Part shown: one piece after another, positions 9,532 to 16,823 of the stretch
How positions within the stretch are numbered: position 1 is the stretch's first letter
How the letters are laid out: every line of letters starts with the position of its first letter
IMG/VR virus record: IMGVR_UViG_3300047567_000058
Span: 80,405 to 144,404 of that record
DNA length: 64,000 bases
Origin: a virus
Taxonomy: Duplodnaviria > Heunggongvirae > Uroviricota > Caudoviricetes
Reading direction: 5' to 3' (one strand)
Notes under the pieces: generated by a model
Databases searched by the model: none
Seen by the model: only the letters and a program-made list of their open reading frames with translations
What the model was told of the DNA's origin: nothing
Program-made: the position numbers and the translations under genes

Positions 9532-9605
9532 TGGAGCGAGATACGGGAATCGGACCCGCGTATTCACCTTGGAGGGGTGATGTTCTACCATTGAACAAAT
9601 CCCGC
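9532..9605 (-). tRNA. tRNA-Gly(TCC)
   Basis: Loop CCTCCAA (C33), U73-CCA. Confidence 0.88.
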
Positions 9606-9671
9606 GCGACACCCCTGGATGGGATCATAGATATTGTAGTATCTATTGCCGATTCCGTCCAGGGATTTATT

Positions 9672-10421
9672 TTATTTTTTCTTCGCAGCGAGGTATCCGC
9701 AGTTGCGGAGCGCCTGGGCGAAGCAGTCGCAGAAGACGCGGCGATACTTGTACATATTGCCATCGTTCTCATTGACTCTCATCACATGGACGAGCAGTTT
9801 GTCGATCTTGTCGTATTGGTTGCCCTTGGATCCCGGGAAGTGGATGTCCGCCGAATCGCTCCTCGAGACGCTGGATCCCATCTCGGTCGCCGGATCTCCG
9901 ACGAGAAGGATGTGGAAGGTGTCGCGATGATGGTATTTGGCCCCGGGATTGTCCGGAGCGGCTTTGATGATGCCGACGTACATCGTCGACGTTTGGCCGG
10001 CGATGGTCATCTTGACGTTGACCGAATTGGGGTCGCTCATCAAGGCGCTGTCTTTGTCGGCGTCGCGCTTGGCGTATTTGGAATGGATGATCTCCTGCTT
10101 GCTTGCGGCATGCGCCTTGGCGGCGTCCTCTTCGCTGCGGTCAGGGGTCTTATCCTCGAATTGGCCTTCCGGATCCTTGCCTTCGAGAAGCGTTTGCTGC
10201 GGCTGGGGATTGGCCTCAGCCGGAGCTGGCTTCGCCTCTTCTTCGAGGCGGTTGCGGATTTCGTGGTCGAGCTCGGACAGGGCGTTGATCGCCCCTAGGG
10301 CAGACACCGATTGCGCCTCGTTTGTCTGTTGGGCGTTAAGCTCGTATCTCTTGGCGGTCGTCATGGCTCCGATGAGAGCCAGGATCTCCGACACTTCTGT
10401 GGTCTTATTCATAAAATTCAT
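9672..10421 (-). CDS. hypothetical protein
   Basis: Track ORF 9672..10445; ATG 10421 has AAAGGA SD. Confidence 0.75.
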   Translation of the reverse strand: MNFMNKTTEVSEILALIGAMTTAKRYELNAQQTNEAQSVSALGAINALSELDHEIRNRLEEEAKPAPAEANPQPQQTLLEGKDPEGQFEDKTPDRSEEDAAKAHAASKQEIIHSKYAKRDADKDSALMSDPNSVNVKMTIAGQTSTMYVGIIKAAPDNPGAKYHHRDTFHILLVGDPATEMGSSVSRSDSADIHFPGSKGNQYDKIDKLLVHVMRVNENDGNMYKYRRVFCDCFAQALRNCGYLAAKKK

Positions 10422-10441
10422 TTGTCCTTTCTTCGGCGATG

Positions 10442-10699
10442 TCACGCGCCGGCTTTGCTGGTCTTCAATTCGCTGTTCGTGAAGTCGTAGTCGACGATGG
10501 CGTCGCCTCCGAACTTCTTGCGCAGCGCGCTGAGCTCAGCCAAAATGATGTCGATCTGCTGTTTGTACGCGTCATGATCAGGATCATCGCGCTCGTCGTC
10601 GACGCGCATGAACATCCTTGACAGATAATCGTACGCGTCATTGATGGTGAATTGAGCGATCTGTATGCACAGGTCTCTCTTGATTTCGGCTTTCTGCAT
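10442..10699 (-). CDS. hypothetical protein
   Basis: 85 aa ORF, GGAGG upstream. Confidence 0.7.
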   Translation of the reverse strand: MQKAEIKRDLCIQIAQFTINDAYDYLSRMFMRVDDERDDPDHDAYKQQIDIILAELSALRKKFGGDAIVDYDFTNSELKTSKAGA

Positions 10700-11287
10700 T
10701 CAGCGTCCATGATGACGTCCTCCGACCGACTCGGGGTTATCGGGTCCCATATCTTCTCGAATGTGCTTTCTATAGGCGAGAATTTATTGACGTAATCGCC
10801 GCTGTCAAGGCGATAGTTCCTATGAGGGGTGTCGCTCCACGTTAGCTTGCTGGCGTATTCGTGCTTGACGGATTTCTCATAGCAAGCTTTGCATATGTAC
10901 AAGACATACCCGCTCGTGATGTAAGACGACGGCTTTCCGCAAAGGGCGCACACCGATTCTGAGACGTCTTCGTATTTCATGACGATCTCCTCGGTTGCCT
11001 CATTGCCTCCGCTGTCATACCAGCAAAGCGTTCCGTATTTCTCTTTCACCTGCTCCACCTGGTACTTCTCCAGGAGCCCATCTTTCTTAAGCTGGGCTTT
11101 CAGCTCCTTGCAGAGCTTCACTCCGAATGCCTTTCGCCATCCGTCTGGGATGTCATCGAGGTACGTGTAGCGGTAGTCATGCTTTGCCAAAGCGTTGCCG
11201 CAATAATCTTCGGGAGGATGCAGAAACGGGAACCGTTTGATTAGGATGTAGTTCCCTGAGGATTTTAAAAATATTTTCCATGAACAT
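10700..11287 (-). CDS. hypothetical protein with CxxC (frameshifts near 11255 and 10743)
   Basis: SD GAAAGGA-ATG at 11287; removing one G at 11254-11256 gives MFMENIFKILRNYILIKRFP into track ORF; motif QVKEKYGTLCWY...CALCG. Confidence 0.6.
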
Positions 11288-11340
11288 TCCTTTCTAGTCA
11301 CAAGTATCATATATCGTTCATGCGCGATTTGCCAGAGATA

Positions 11341-11940
11341 TCAGATTTCGACGTTAAGAAGGGCTGTTGCGATAGCTGGGTTTTCCTGCTCTGACTTCGG
11401 GAAGGAAGCCACTATGCTTCGCAGAAGCCTTGCGCTTGTTGTGACGCTGCAGGTATGGATCTCTATCAGCTGAAGCTTGATATGGCTCGCATCCCATTTC
11501 TGGGCGCACTTGACGTATTCGTTGATGTCTGACGTTACTGAAAGAGTGAGCGGATCACTGTCCTTGATCCTCACTCCGAAGTCTATCGATGTGCGACAAG
11601 ACTTGGCAGTGATGCCGACGAACATGTCTATTTTGCAATTGGGGGCTTTTGGCGTTTCCATTATGATGTAGCTTTTGCAATTCCCAGGATTGGAAATGAT
11701 GAATTTGCTTGTCGCTGCGTCATAGGCATCTTTGACGGCTGGAATCATTGGAATGTATTCATCGGTAACAGCCGGAAATATCAAAACCGATGGCGATTTG
11801 CCGGAGATATCGATGTCGTTCTTAACAAGAATCATGTTATACGACTTGATCTTTCCGGTATCGATTTTGCCATCATGGAGCTTGACCATCCCGGCGATAT
11901 GCCAATCGTCTGGGCTGTTTTCCCATTTCCGATCTGACAT
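11341..11940 (-). CDS. hypothetical protein
   Basis: 199 aa ORF. Confidence 0.7.
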   Translation of the reverse strand: MSDRKWENSPDDWHIAGMVKLHDGKIDTGKIKSYNMILVKNDIDISGKSPSVLIFPAVTDEYIPMIPAVKDAYDAATSKFIISNPGNCKSYIIMETPKAPNCKIDMFVGITAKSCRTSIDFGVRIKDSDPLTLSVTSDINEYVKCAQKWDASHIKLQLIEIHTCSVTTSARLLRSIVASFPKSEQENPAIATALLNVEI

Positions 11941-12015
11941 TCACAAACGATTTTTGGCGATCGATCATGAAAAGGCCATTAGACTCGTTAGCCGTTCCAA
12001 TGTATCCTCGGTCGC

Positions 12016-12417
12016 TCATTTCTCGTCTTCCCAGGAAATCCCGCCGCCTGAGCAGTTTAGTTTCTTGAAATCCTCGAGTTTGTGCTTAAGGATATCTATT
12101 TCGGCATCGGCTCTCGTATTAGATTCGTTCTTTCTATTGATGGCATCATCGATCTCTTTCTGAATCTTGGAAATCACCGTTGAGGCATATCCTTGATCAG
12201 ACAACGCATTTATGTCTTGCTTTGATCCGCTGTATTCGAAATTGTAAAAATCTTCATTGATCGGGAATCTTCCGAATTCCAAAACATAGATGTCTGGTAA
12301 GTCTTCATCATATTCATGCTTATGTGCTGCTAAAACAGCATAAATCTTGTCGCATCCTCTCATCTCGTTGGTCTTAGTATTTTTGATGATGTCCATCTCA
12401 AATAGCCTTCTTTCCAC
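12016..12417 (-). CDS. hypothetical protein
   Basis: 133 aa ORF downstream of a sigma-A-like promoter. Confidence 0.7.
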   Translation of the reverse strand: MERRLFEMDIIKNTKTNEMRGCDKIYAVLAAHKHEYDEDLPDIYVLEFGRFPINEDFYNFEYSGSKQDINALSDQGYASTVISKIQKEIDDAINRKNESNTRADAEIDILKHKLEDFKKLNCSGGGISWEDEK

Positions 12418-12423
12418 GACGAA

Positions 12424-12452
12424 ATGATACCATGCCTAGGAGCGGAGGTCAA
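12424..12452 (-). promoter_or_regulatory. sigma-A/70-like promoter
   Basis: TTGACC-N17-TATCAT with TG extended -10. Confidence 0.65.
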
Positions 12453-12460
12453 TGCTGAGG

Positions 12461-12492
12461 AAAAAATAAAATAAACCCCCGATCTCTCGGGG
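12461..12492 (-). terminator. intrinsic terminator
   Basis: CCCCGA/TCGGGG hairpin then T-rich tract on minus strand. Confidence 0.6.
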
Positions 12493-12572
12493 ATCTATCT
12501 TGGCGAGAACTTTCCCAGCCTAGAGGTGGACCGAATACCGGCTGCACGAATGCTGTCTTCAGCCCAAACGAA

Positions 12573-12890
12573 TCACTTCAATCCATTCAGCTTTGTCTGA
12601 AGAGCTGCTTTCTTCTCGGCATAGTCTGAAGGTCCGACATGATAATGAGCGTAATCGTATTCAAGATCTGATAGCTGATTTTTGATGGCTTGGATGGCGT
12701 TGTCTTTGGCGGGGATGTGCGACTGGATCATCGGGGCCGGCTTTCCGCCATTCTTAGCTCTGGCTTCCTCGTCTTTCTTCGGGTCCCCGGTAGGATTCCA
12801 TCCTTCAAGGATGCAGACCTCTTCCCAGGTTATGTTGTCCGGATCGTATCCGGCGCTGATCATTTTAGCGCATCTTTCGTTGTATGTCAT
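12573..12890 (-). CDS. hypothetical late protein
   Basis: Track ORF trimmed to MTYNERCAK; AACA-N6-TA motif immediately upstream. Confidence 0.7.
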   Translation of the reverse strand: MTYNERCAKMISAGYDPDNITWEEVCILEGWNPTGDPKKDEEARAKNGGKPAPMIQSHIPAKDNAIQAIKNQLSDLEYDYAHYHVGPSDYAEKKAALQTKLNGLK

Positions 12891-12905
12891 AGCAACTATC
12901 CTCCG

Positions 12906-12918
12906 ATAATCTATTGTT
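12906..12918 (-). promoter_or_regulatory. AR9-type late promoter motif
   Basis: AACAATAGATTAT. Confidence 0.65.
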
Positions 12919-12943
12919 GCGGTCGTAAAAAAAGATCGGCCAG

Positions 12944-13309
12944 CTATTTGCCAACCGATCTTTGATACCTCTTGTAGAATCTGAAGCCGATTCTCTCGGC
13001 TTCGTCTTCTATGCCAGGCGATCTCAGGTCTAACCCTGAATTCGCCTGAACTGAATGCGTCAGCTCGTGCATCAGAAGATGCACTGAGTTGGCCATTGAG
13101 GTTTTCTCGATGTAGACGTCCAGGCCATCTATGGAGCGATATCCTGTGGTCTTCCATCCTTTGATAGGATGCGGAAACATCCTATTGAGCTTTCTCAACT
13201 CGACGACGTGAAGGCGGATGCCACCACGATCTATCTCATCAAGAAGCTCAGAGTATGCTTGATCGCTTGCTTTGCATAGCGATCTGCAGACGGACACGAC
13301 TTTGGTCAT
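12944..13309 (-). CDS. putative zincin-like metallopeptidase domain protein
   Basis: LLMHELTHSVQ (HExxH) plus downstream IEDEAE; SD GAAAGGAGG before ATG 13309. Confidence 0.5.
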   Translation of the reverse strand: MTKVVSVCRSLCKASDQAYSELLDEIDRGGIRLHVVELRKLNRMFPHPIKGWKTTGYRSIDGLDVYIEKTSMANSVHLLMHELTHSVQANSGLDLRSPGIEDEAERIGFRFYKRYQRSVGK

Positions 13310-13365
13310 GATCCATCCTCCTTTCTTCAATTAAATCATATATTTTCGAACTGCCCGTGATAACA

Positions 13366-13392
13366 AGAAAAGCCCAAGATATCTCTTGGGCT
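13366..13392 (-). terminator. terminator closing the main tRNA array
   Basis: AGCCCAAGA/TCTTGGGCT hairpin then TTTTCTT on minus strand. Confidence 0.75.
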
Positions 13393-13400
13393 ATTGTGTC

Positions 13401-13486
13401 TGGTGCCCTCGGCAGGACTTGAACCTGTACGACTTTGGATCACTGCCACCTCAAAGCAGCGCGTATACCAATTTCGCCACGAGGGC
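13401..13486 (-). tRNA. tRNA-Leu(GAG)
   Basis: Loop TTGAGGT, long variable arm, CCA. Confidence 0.92.
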
Positions 13487-13492
13487 ATAGAA

Positions 13493-13567
13493 TGGGAGGA
13501 CTCGTCGGTACTGACCCGGCTTTTTCCGATTCACAGTCGGATGCCTTACCTTTAGGCTAGAGTCCTC
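13493..13567 (-). tRNA. tRNA-His(GTG)
   Basis: Loop CTGTGAA, encoded G-1:C73; T-loop GTCAGTA. Confidence 0.85.
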
Positions 13568-13574
13568 ATCAGAA

Positions 13575-13649
13575 TGGTGGATCTACCGGGAATCGAACCC
13601 GGAACTTTGCCTTGCGGAAGCAGCGTTTTCCCCGTTGAACTACAGACCC
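13575..13649 (-). tRNA. tRNA-Ala(CGC)
   Basis: G3.U70, loop TCCGCAA (C33). Confidence 0.8.
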
Positions 13650-13652
13650 ATC

Positions 13653-13728
13653 TGGTCTTCGCGGATCGTGATGGTCGATCGGCCTTCCCCTCGTGAAGGG
13701 GACGCTCTCCCCGCTGAGCTACGCGAAG
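13653..13728 (-). tRNA. tRNA-Val(CAC)
   Basis: Loop TTCACGA; T-loop ACCATCA. Confidence 0.82.
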
Positions 13729-13734
13729 AAATAT

Positions 13735-13809
13735 TGGTGTCCGATGATCGTGACGATCGATCGACCTCTTCCATGTCAAGGAAGCGTTCTCCCGCTGAAC
13801 TAATCGGAC
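13735..13809 (-). tRNA. tRNA-Val(GAC)
   Basis: Loop TTGACAT; T-loop ATCGTCA. Confidence 0.85.
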
Positions 13810-13812
13810 AAA

Positions 13813-13887
13813 TGGTCCTGGTAGAGAGTGCTGGCCTCCCGACCTATCGGTTATCAGCCGATCGCTCTACCGCTGAGCTACACCAGG
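13813..13887 (-). tRNA. tRNA-Ile(GAT)
   Basis: Loop CTGATAA; T-loop GCCAGCA. Confidence 0.85.
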
Positions 13888-13893
13888 ATGTAA

Positions 13894-13969
13894 TGGTGTC
13901 CCAACCTGGATTTGAACCAGGACTGTACAGCTTCTAAGGCTGTCATCTCTGCCGTTGGATTATTGGGAC
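13894..13969 (-). tRNA. tRNA-Leu(TAG), short variable loop
   Basis: ACAGC-CTTAGAA-GCTGT, A73-CCA, no long arm. Confidence 0.8.
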
Positions 13970-13972
13970 AAA

Positions 13973-14047
13973 TGGTGCCTCCATTCCGATTCGGACGGGA
14001 ATCAGACGCTTACAAGACGCCCGCTCTTCCTACTGAGCTATAGAGGC
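13973..14047 (-). tRNA. tRNA-Thr(TGT)
   Basis: Loop CTTGTAA; T-loop TCCGAAT. Confidence 0.88.
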
Positions 14048-14050
14048 AAA

Positions 14051-14125
14051 TGGTACTCGATGCCGGGTTTGGACCGACGACCCGCCCCGTGTAAAGGGGC
14101 CGCTCTCCCGCTGAGCTAATCGAGC
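14051..14125 (-). tRNA. tRNA-Val(TAC)
   Basis: Loop TTTACAC; T-loop TCCAAAC. Confidence 0.9.
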
Positions 14126-14130
14126 AGATG

Positions 14131-14215
14131 TGGTGCTTGAGGCGGGATTCGGACCCGCAAGCCCTAAGGCGACGGATTTTAAGTCCGTTGCGTATACCGG
14201 TTCCGCCACTCAAGC
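14131..14215 (-). tRNA. tRNA-Leu(TAA)
   Basis: Loop CTTAAAA, long arm; T-loop TCCGAAT. Confidence 0.92.
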
Positions 14216-14233
14216 AATCGTGTTAGTATCGTA

Positions 14234-14309
14234 TGGTGCCGGGCCAGGGAATCGGACCCAATGGTTTGCCGCTTACGAGACGGCTGTTCTGCCACTGAAC
14301 TAGACCGGC
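14234..14309 (-). tRNA. tRNA-Thr(CGT)
   Basis: Loop CTCGTAA; T-loop TCCGATT. Confidence 0.9.
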
Positions 14310-14314
14310 GAATT

Positions 14315-14388
14315 TGGTAGCCGAGAGAAGAGTTGGACTTCCGTTCGACGCGTATGGGGCGTCTGTCCTACCGTTGAACGACTCGGCC
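14315..14388 (-). tRNA. tRNA-Met/Ile2(CAT)
   Basis: Loop CCCATAC (C33); T-loop TCCAACT; Met vs lysidine-Ile not resolvable by eye. Confidence 0.78.
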
Positions 14389-14395
14389 ATGCAAT

Positions 14396-14469
14396 TGGTG
14401 CCCTCACCCAGAGTCGGACTGAGACCTGATCCTTACCATGGATCCGTTCTGCCGTTTAACTACAAGGGC
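14396..14469 (-). tRNA. tRNA-Thr(GGT)
   Basis: Loop ATGGTAA; T-loop TCCGACT. Confidence 0.88.
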
Positions 14470-14472
14470 ATC

Positions 14473-14547
14473 TGGTGCTTCGACAGAGATTCGGACTCTG
14501 GACCCACGGGTTAAAAGCCCGCTGCTCTGCCGCTGAGCTATCGAAGC
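14473..14547 (-). tRNA. tRNA-Lys(TTT)
   Basis: Loop CTTTTAA; T-loop TCCGAAT. Confidence 0.92.
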
Positions 14548-14551
14548 AAAT

Positions 14552-14629
14552 TGGTCTCCCATAGAGGATTTGAACCCCTAACCTTATCGTCCGTGGCGAC
14601 ACGCTCTGATCCAGTTGAGCTAATGGGAG
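14552..14629 (-). tRNA. tRNA-Arg(ACG)
   Basis: Loop CCACGGA (C33). Confidence 0.88.
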
Positions 14630-14632
14630 ATG

Positions 14633-14708
14633 TGGTTCCCCTTCCACGTGTCGAGCGTGGCTATGCAGGATTCAAGGTCCTGTGGCTTGACCGCTTGCCT
14701 AAAGGGGA
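14633..14708 (-). tRNA. tRNA-Gln(TTG)
   Basis: U1-A72, loop CCTTGAA (C33); T-loop CTCGACA. Confidence 0.85.
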
Positions 14709-14714
14709 ATAAGT

Positions 14715-14788
14715 TGGCGGGCCTTAAGCGAGTCAGACGCTTGTTGTTCGGTTAACGGCCGAGCGCTCTATCGTTGAGCTAAAGACCC
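14715..14788 (-). tRNA. tRNA-Asn(GTT)
   Basis: Loop CCGTTAA (C33), G73; T-loop TCTGACT. Confidence 0.85.
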
Positions 14789-14902
14789 ATCTTGATGGGG
14801 AGGGCGCCTCAGCAGCCGCCCTCCCGTTATAATGGGATGCGATGGCGCGCATCCCCCGGAAGCGGACGCGTTACCGGCGCGCTCTTCCGACTAGAATTCT
14901 GA

Positions 14903-14976
14903 TGGCAGAGGTTGAAGGTGTCGGACCTCCGTTAGCGGTTTTGGGGACCGCCGTCCTACCGTTGGACTAAACCCCT
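14903..14976 (-). tRNA. tRNA-Trp(CCA)
   Basis: AGGGG start, loop CCCCAAA (C33), U11-A24; T-loop TCCGACA. Confidence 0.9.
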
Positions 14977-14978
14977 AG

Positions 14979-15054
14979 TGGTTCCCCTTCCACGTGTCGA
15001 GCGTGGCTATGCGAAGTTCAGAGCTTCGTGGCTTAGCCGCTTGCCTAAAGGGGA
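14979..15054 (-). tRNA. tRNA-Gln(CTG)
   Basis: Loop CTCTGAA; near-copy of Gln(TTG). Confidence 0.87.
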
Positions 15055-15060
15055 ATGTGA

Positions 15061-15136
15061 TGGTGATCGCTGCGCGTGTCGATCGCGCTGATATAGGAGT
15101 GAAAATCCCATGGCTTTGCCGATTGCCTAAGCGACC
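15061..15136 (-). tRNA. tRNA-Glu(TTC)
   Basis: Loop TTTTCAC; T-loop ATCGACA. Confidence 0.85.
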
Positions 15137-15138
15137 AT

Positions 15139-15213
15139 TGGTGATCCCATGAGGTGCCTGCCCTCGATCTCCGGGTTGAGAACCCGGCGAACAATACGCT
15201 GTTCTATGGGACC
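15139..15213 (-). tRNA. tRNA-Glu(CTC)
   Basis: CCGGG-TTCTCAA-CCCGG; degenerate T-loop GCAGGCA. Confidence 0.75.
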
Positions 15214-15265
15214 ATATCGTATCGGATCGGATCGTCGCGGGGAATTTATTTTTTATTTCCCGTTT

Positions 15266-15353
15266 TGGCAGAGGGCGCAGGAGTCGAACCCGCCCAGGAT
15301 GCTGTCCTTCGTCGCGCCTCAGACGCGATGCCTTGCCGCTCGGCCAGCCCTCT
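15266..15353 (-). tRNA. tRNA-Ser(TGA), second copy
   Basis: Loop TCTGAGG (C33, G37), long arm, G73. Confidence 0.78.
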
Positions 15354-15358
15354 ACAAA

Positions 15359-15445
15359 TGGCAGTGGGTGCAGGAGTCGAACCCGCTCGCGGTTTCCCGT
15401 TCGTCGGCTTTCGAAGCCGATACCTTGCCGTTCGGTCAACCCACT
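15359..15445 (-). tRNA. tRNA-Ser(CGA)
   Basis: Loop TTCGAAA, long arm. Confidence 0.9.
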
Positions 15446-15449
15446 ATAA

Positions 15450-15525
15450 TGGTCGTGATGTAGGGCTTCGATCCCTCATTCCGTGCTCCCAAGGCACGTG
15501 TCCTGCCGAATTAGACGACATCACG
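15450..15525 (-). tRNA. tRNA-Pro(TGG)
   Basis: C1-G72, loop CTTGGGA; T-loop ATCGAAG. Confidence 0.88.
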
Positions 15526-15529
15526 ATGA

Positions 15530-15616
15530 TGGCGGAGGATGTTGGGGTCGAACCAACTCCGGAGTTACCCGCTACCTGTTTAGCGAACAGGCCTCTTGCC
15601 GTTTGAGTAATCCTCC
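15530..15616 (-). tRNA. tRNA-Ser(GCT)
   Basis: Loop TCGCTAA (C33), long arm. Confidence 0.9.
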
Positions 15617-15623
15617 ACATGAA

Positions 15624-15705
15624 TGGTGCTTGCTCAGGGACTCGGACCCTGAAGGTTTCCCGGCGGATTTTGAGTCCGCTGCGTCTTCCATTGCGCCAAG
15701 CAAGC
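15624..15705 (-). tRNA. tRNA-Leu(CAA)
   Basis: Loop CTCAAAA; T-loop TCCGAGT. Confidence 0.92.
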
Positions 15706-15708
15706 ATC

Positions 15709-15784
15709 TGGCGCCCAAGAGAGGATTCGAACCTCTGCCTGAAGCTTTAGAGGAACTTCCGTCTGTCCGCTGGCTTACTTGGGC
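15709..15784 (-). tRNA. tRNA-Arg(TCT), second copy (alternative register CTA)
   Basis: Best stem AAGTT/AGCTT gives loop CCTCTAA; a shifted register shows CTCTAAA. Confidence 0.65.
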
Positions 15785-15786
15785 AT

Positions 15787-15863
15787 TGGCCCCGACGCTA
15801 GGATTCGAACCTAGAACCTGCTCTTTAGGGGAGAGCCGATCTTGTCCATTGATCTACGTCGAG
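15787..15863 (-). tRNA. tRNA-Arg(CCT)
   Basis: GCTCT-CCCCTAA-AGAGC (C33). Confidence 0.85.
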
Positions 15864-15877
15864 AATCTGATAGTAAT

Positions 15878-15952
15878 TGGTGCCCCCTCGGGGATTCGGA
15901 CCCCGGACCCACGGTTTAAGAGACCGCTGCTCTGCCGCTGAGCTAAGGAGGC
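15878..15952 (-). tRNA. tRNA-Lys(CTT)
   Basis: Loop CTCTTAA; T-loop TCCGAAT. Confidence 0.92.
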
Positions 15953-15956
15953 ATAT

Positions 15957-16035
15957 TGGTCGGGCTGACAGGATTCGAACCTGCGATGTCTTGCTCCCGA
16001 AGCAAGCGCCGTAGTCCAAGCTGGGCCACAGCCCG
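15957..16035 (-). tRNA. tRNA-Pro(CGG)
   Basis: Loop TTCGGGA. Confidence 0.92.
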
Positions 16036-16039
16036 ATGA

Positions 16040-16128
16040 TGGCAGAGACTACAGGAGTCGGACCTGCTCGCGATGTTGATCGCTCGATCGGCTTCCAACC
16101 GATTGCCTTACCGTTCGGCCAAGTCTCT
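16040..16128 (-). tRNA. tRNA-Ser(GGA)
   Basis: Loop TTGGAAG, long arm; T-loop TCCGACT. Confidence 0.88.
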
Positions 16129-16132
16129 ACAT

Positions 16133-16207
16133 TGGTGGAACTTGAGGGATTTGAACCCTCGACATCCTCCATGCCATGGAGGCGCTCTCCCACTGAGCTA
16201 AAGCCCC
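16133..16207 (-). tRNA. tRNA-Ala(GGC)
   Basis: G3.U70, loop ATGGCAT. Confidence 0.92.
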
Positions 16208-16214
16208 ATTGAAT

Positions 16215-16289
16215 TGGTGGGCCCCGCTGCGTTTGAATCAGCTTCTGGTGATTTTCAGTCACCCACACTACCGCATGTGTTAGAGACCC
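16215..16289 (-). tRNA. tRNA-Phe(GAA)
   Basis: Loop CTGAAAA. Confidence 0.88.
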
Positions 16290-16293
16290 ATAT

Positions 16294-16368
16294 TGGCGGT
16301 GACATCCGGGGACGATCCGGAACCGCTCGCGTGACAGGCGAGCATCATAGCCGTTAGACCATGCCACC
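16294..16368 (-). tRNA. tRNA-Asp(GTC)
   Basis: Loop CTGTCAC, G73; T-loop ATCGTCC. Confidence 0.88.
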
Positions 16369-16372
16369 GTAT

Positions 16373-16446
16373 TGGAGCTGGCAACGGGTGTCGGACCCGT
16401 GCAGGCTGTCTGGCGGACAGCCGTCATACCGTTTGACCATGCCAGC
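16373..16446 (-). tRNA. tRNA-Gly(GCC)
   Basis: Loop CCGCCAG (C33), U73; T-loop TCCGACA. Confidence 0.85.
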
Positions 16447-16449
16447 ATC

Positions 16450-16524
16450 TGGAGCAAGTGACGGGTGAACGATCCCGTGTCACCGGCTTGGGAAGCCGGC
16501 ATACTGCCGTTGTACTACACTTGC
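16450..16524 (-). tRNA. tRNA-Gly(CCC)
   Basis: Loop TTCCCAA, U73; 8-nt T-loop ATCGTTCA. Confidence 0.85.
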
Positions 16525-16530
16525 ATATAT

Positions 16531-16613
16531 TGGTGCCCACTGATGGACTCGAACCACCGAACCCGAAGGAGCTGATTTACAGTCAGCCGTCGTTGCCACT
16601 GGACCAAGTGGGC
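16531..16613 (-). tRNA. tRNA-Tyr(GTA)
   Basis: Loop CTGTAAA, long arm. Confidence 0.93.
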
Positions 16614-16617
16614 ATAT

Positions 16618-16692
16618 TGGAGGTTCGTCTCCGTGTCGAGCGGAGTCGTGTCAGGGTTGCGACCTGATGCGTTCCCGTTTCGCCAACGAACC
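16618..16692 (-). tRNA. tRNA-Cys(GCA)
   Basis: Loop TCGCAAC (C33), U73; T-loop CTCGACA. Confidence 0.87.
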
Positions 16693-16823
16693 ACGAGAAA
16701 TAATTTTTATTTTCCGGCTAAGGAAAAGGATTCCTTGCTGGCAGACTGAATCTGATCAGCCTTGTGTATTTATACCCCGCGGGCTAGAGTCCGCGATTGC
16801 TTACTGATTATCGGAGTCAGGGC

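Noticed and set aside
15266-15353. Selenocysteine tRNA
   Set aside because: Anticodon reads TGA (Ser), not TCA; 7-bp acceptor.
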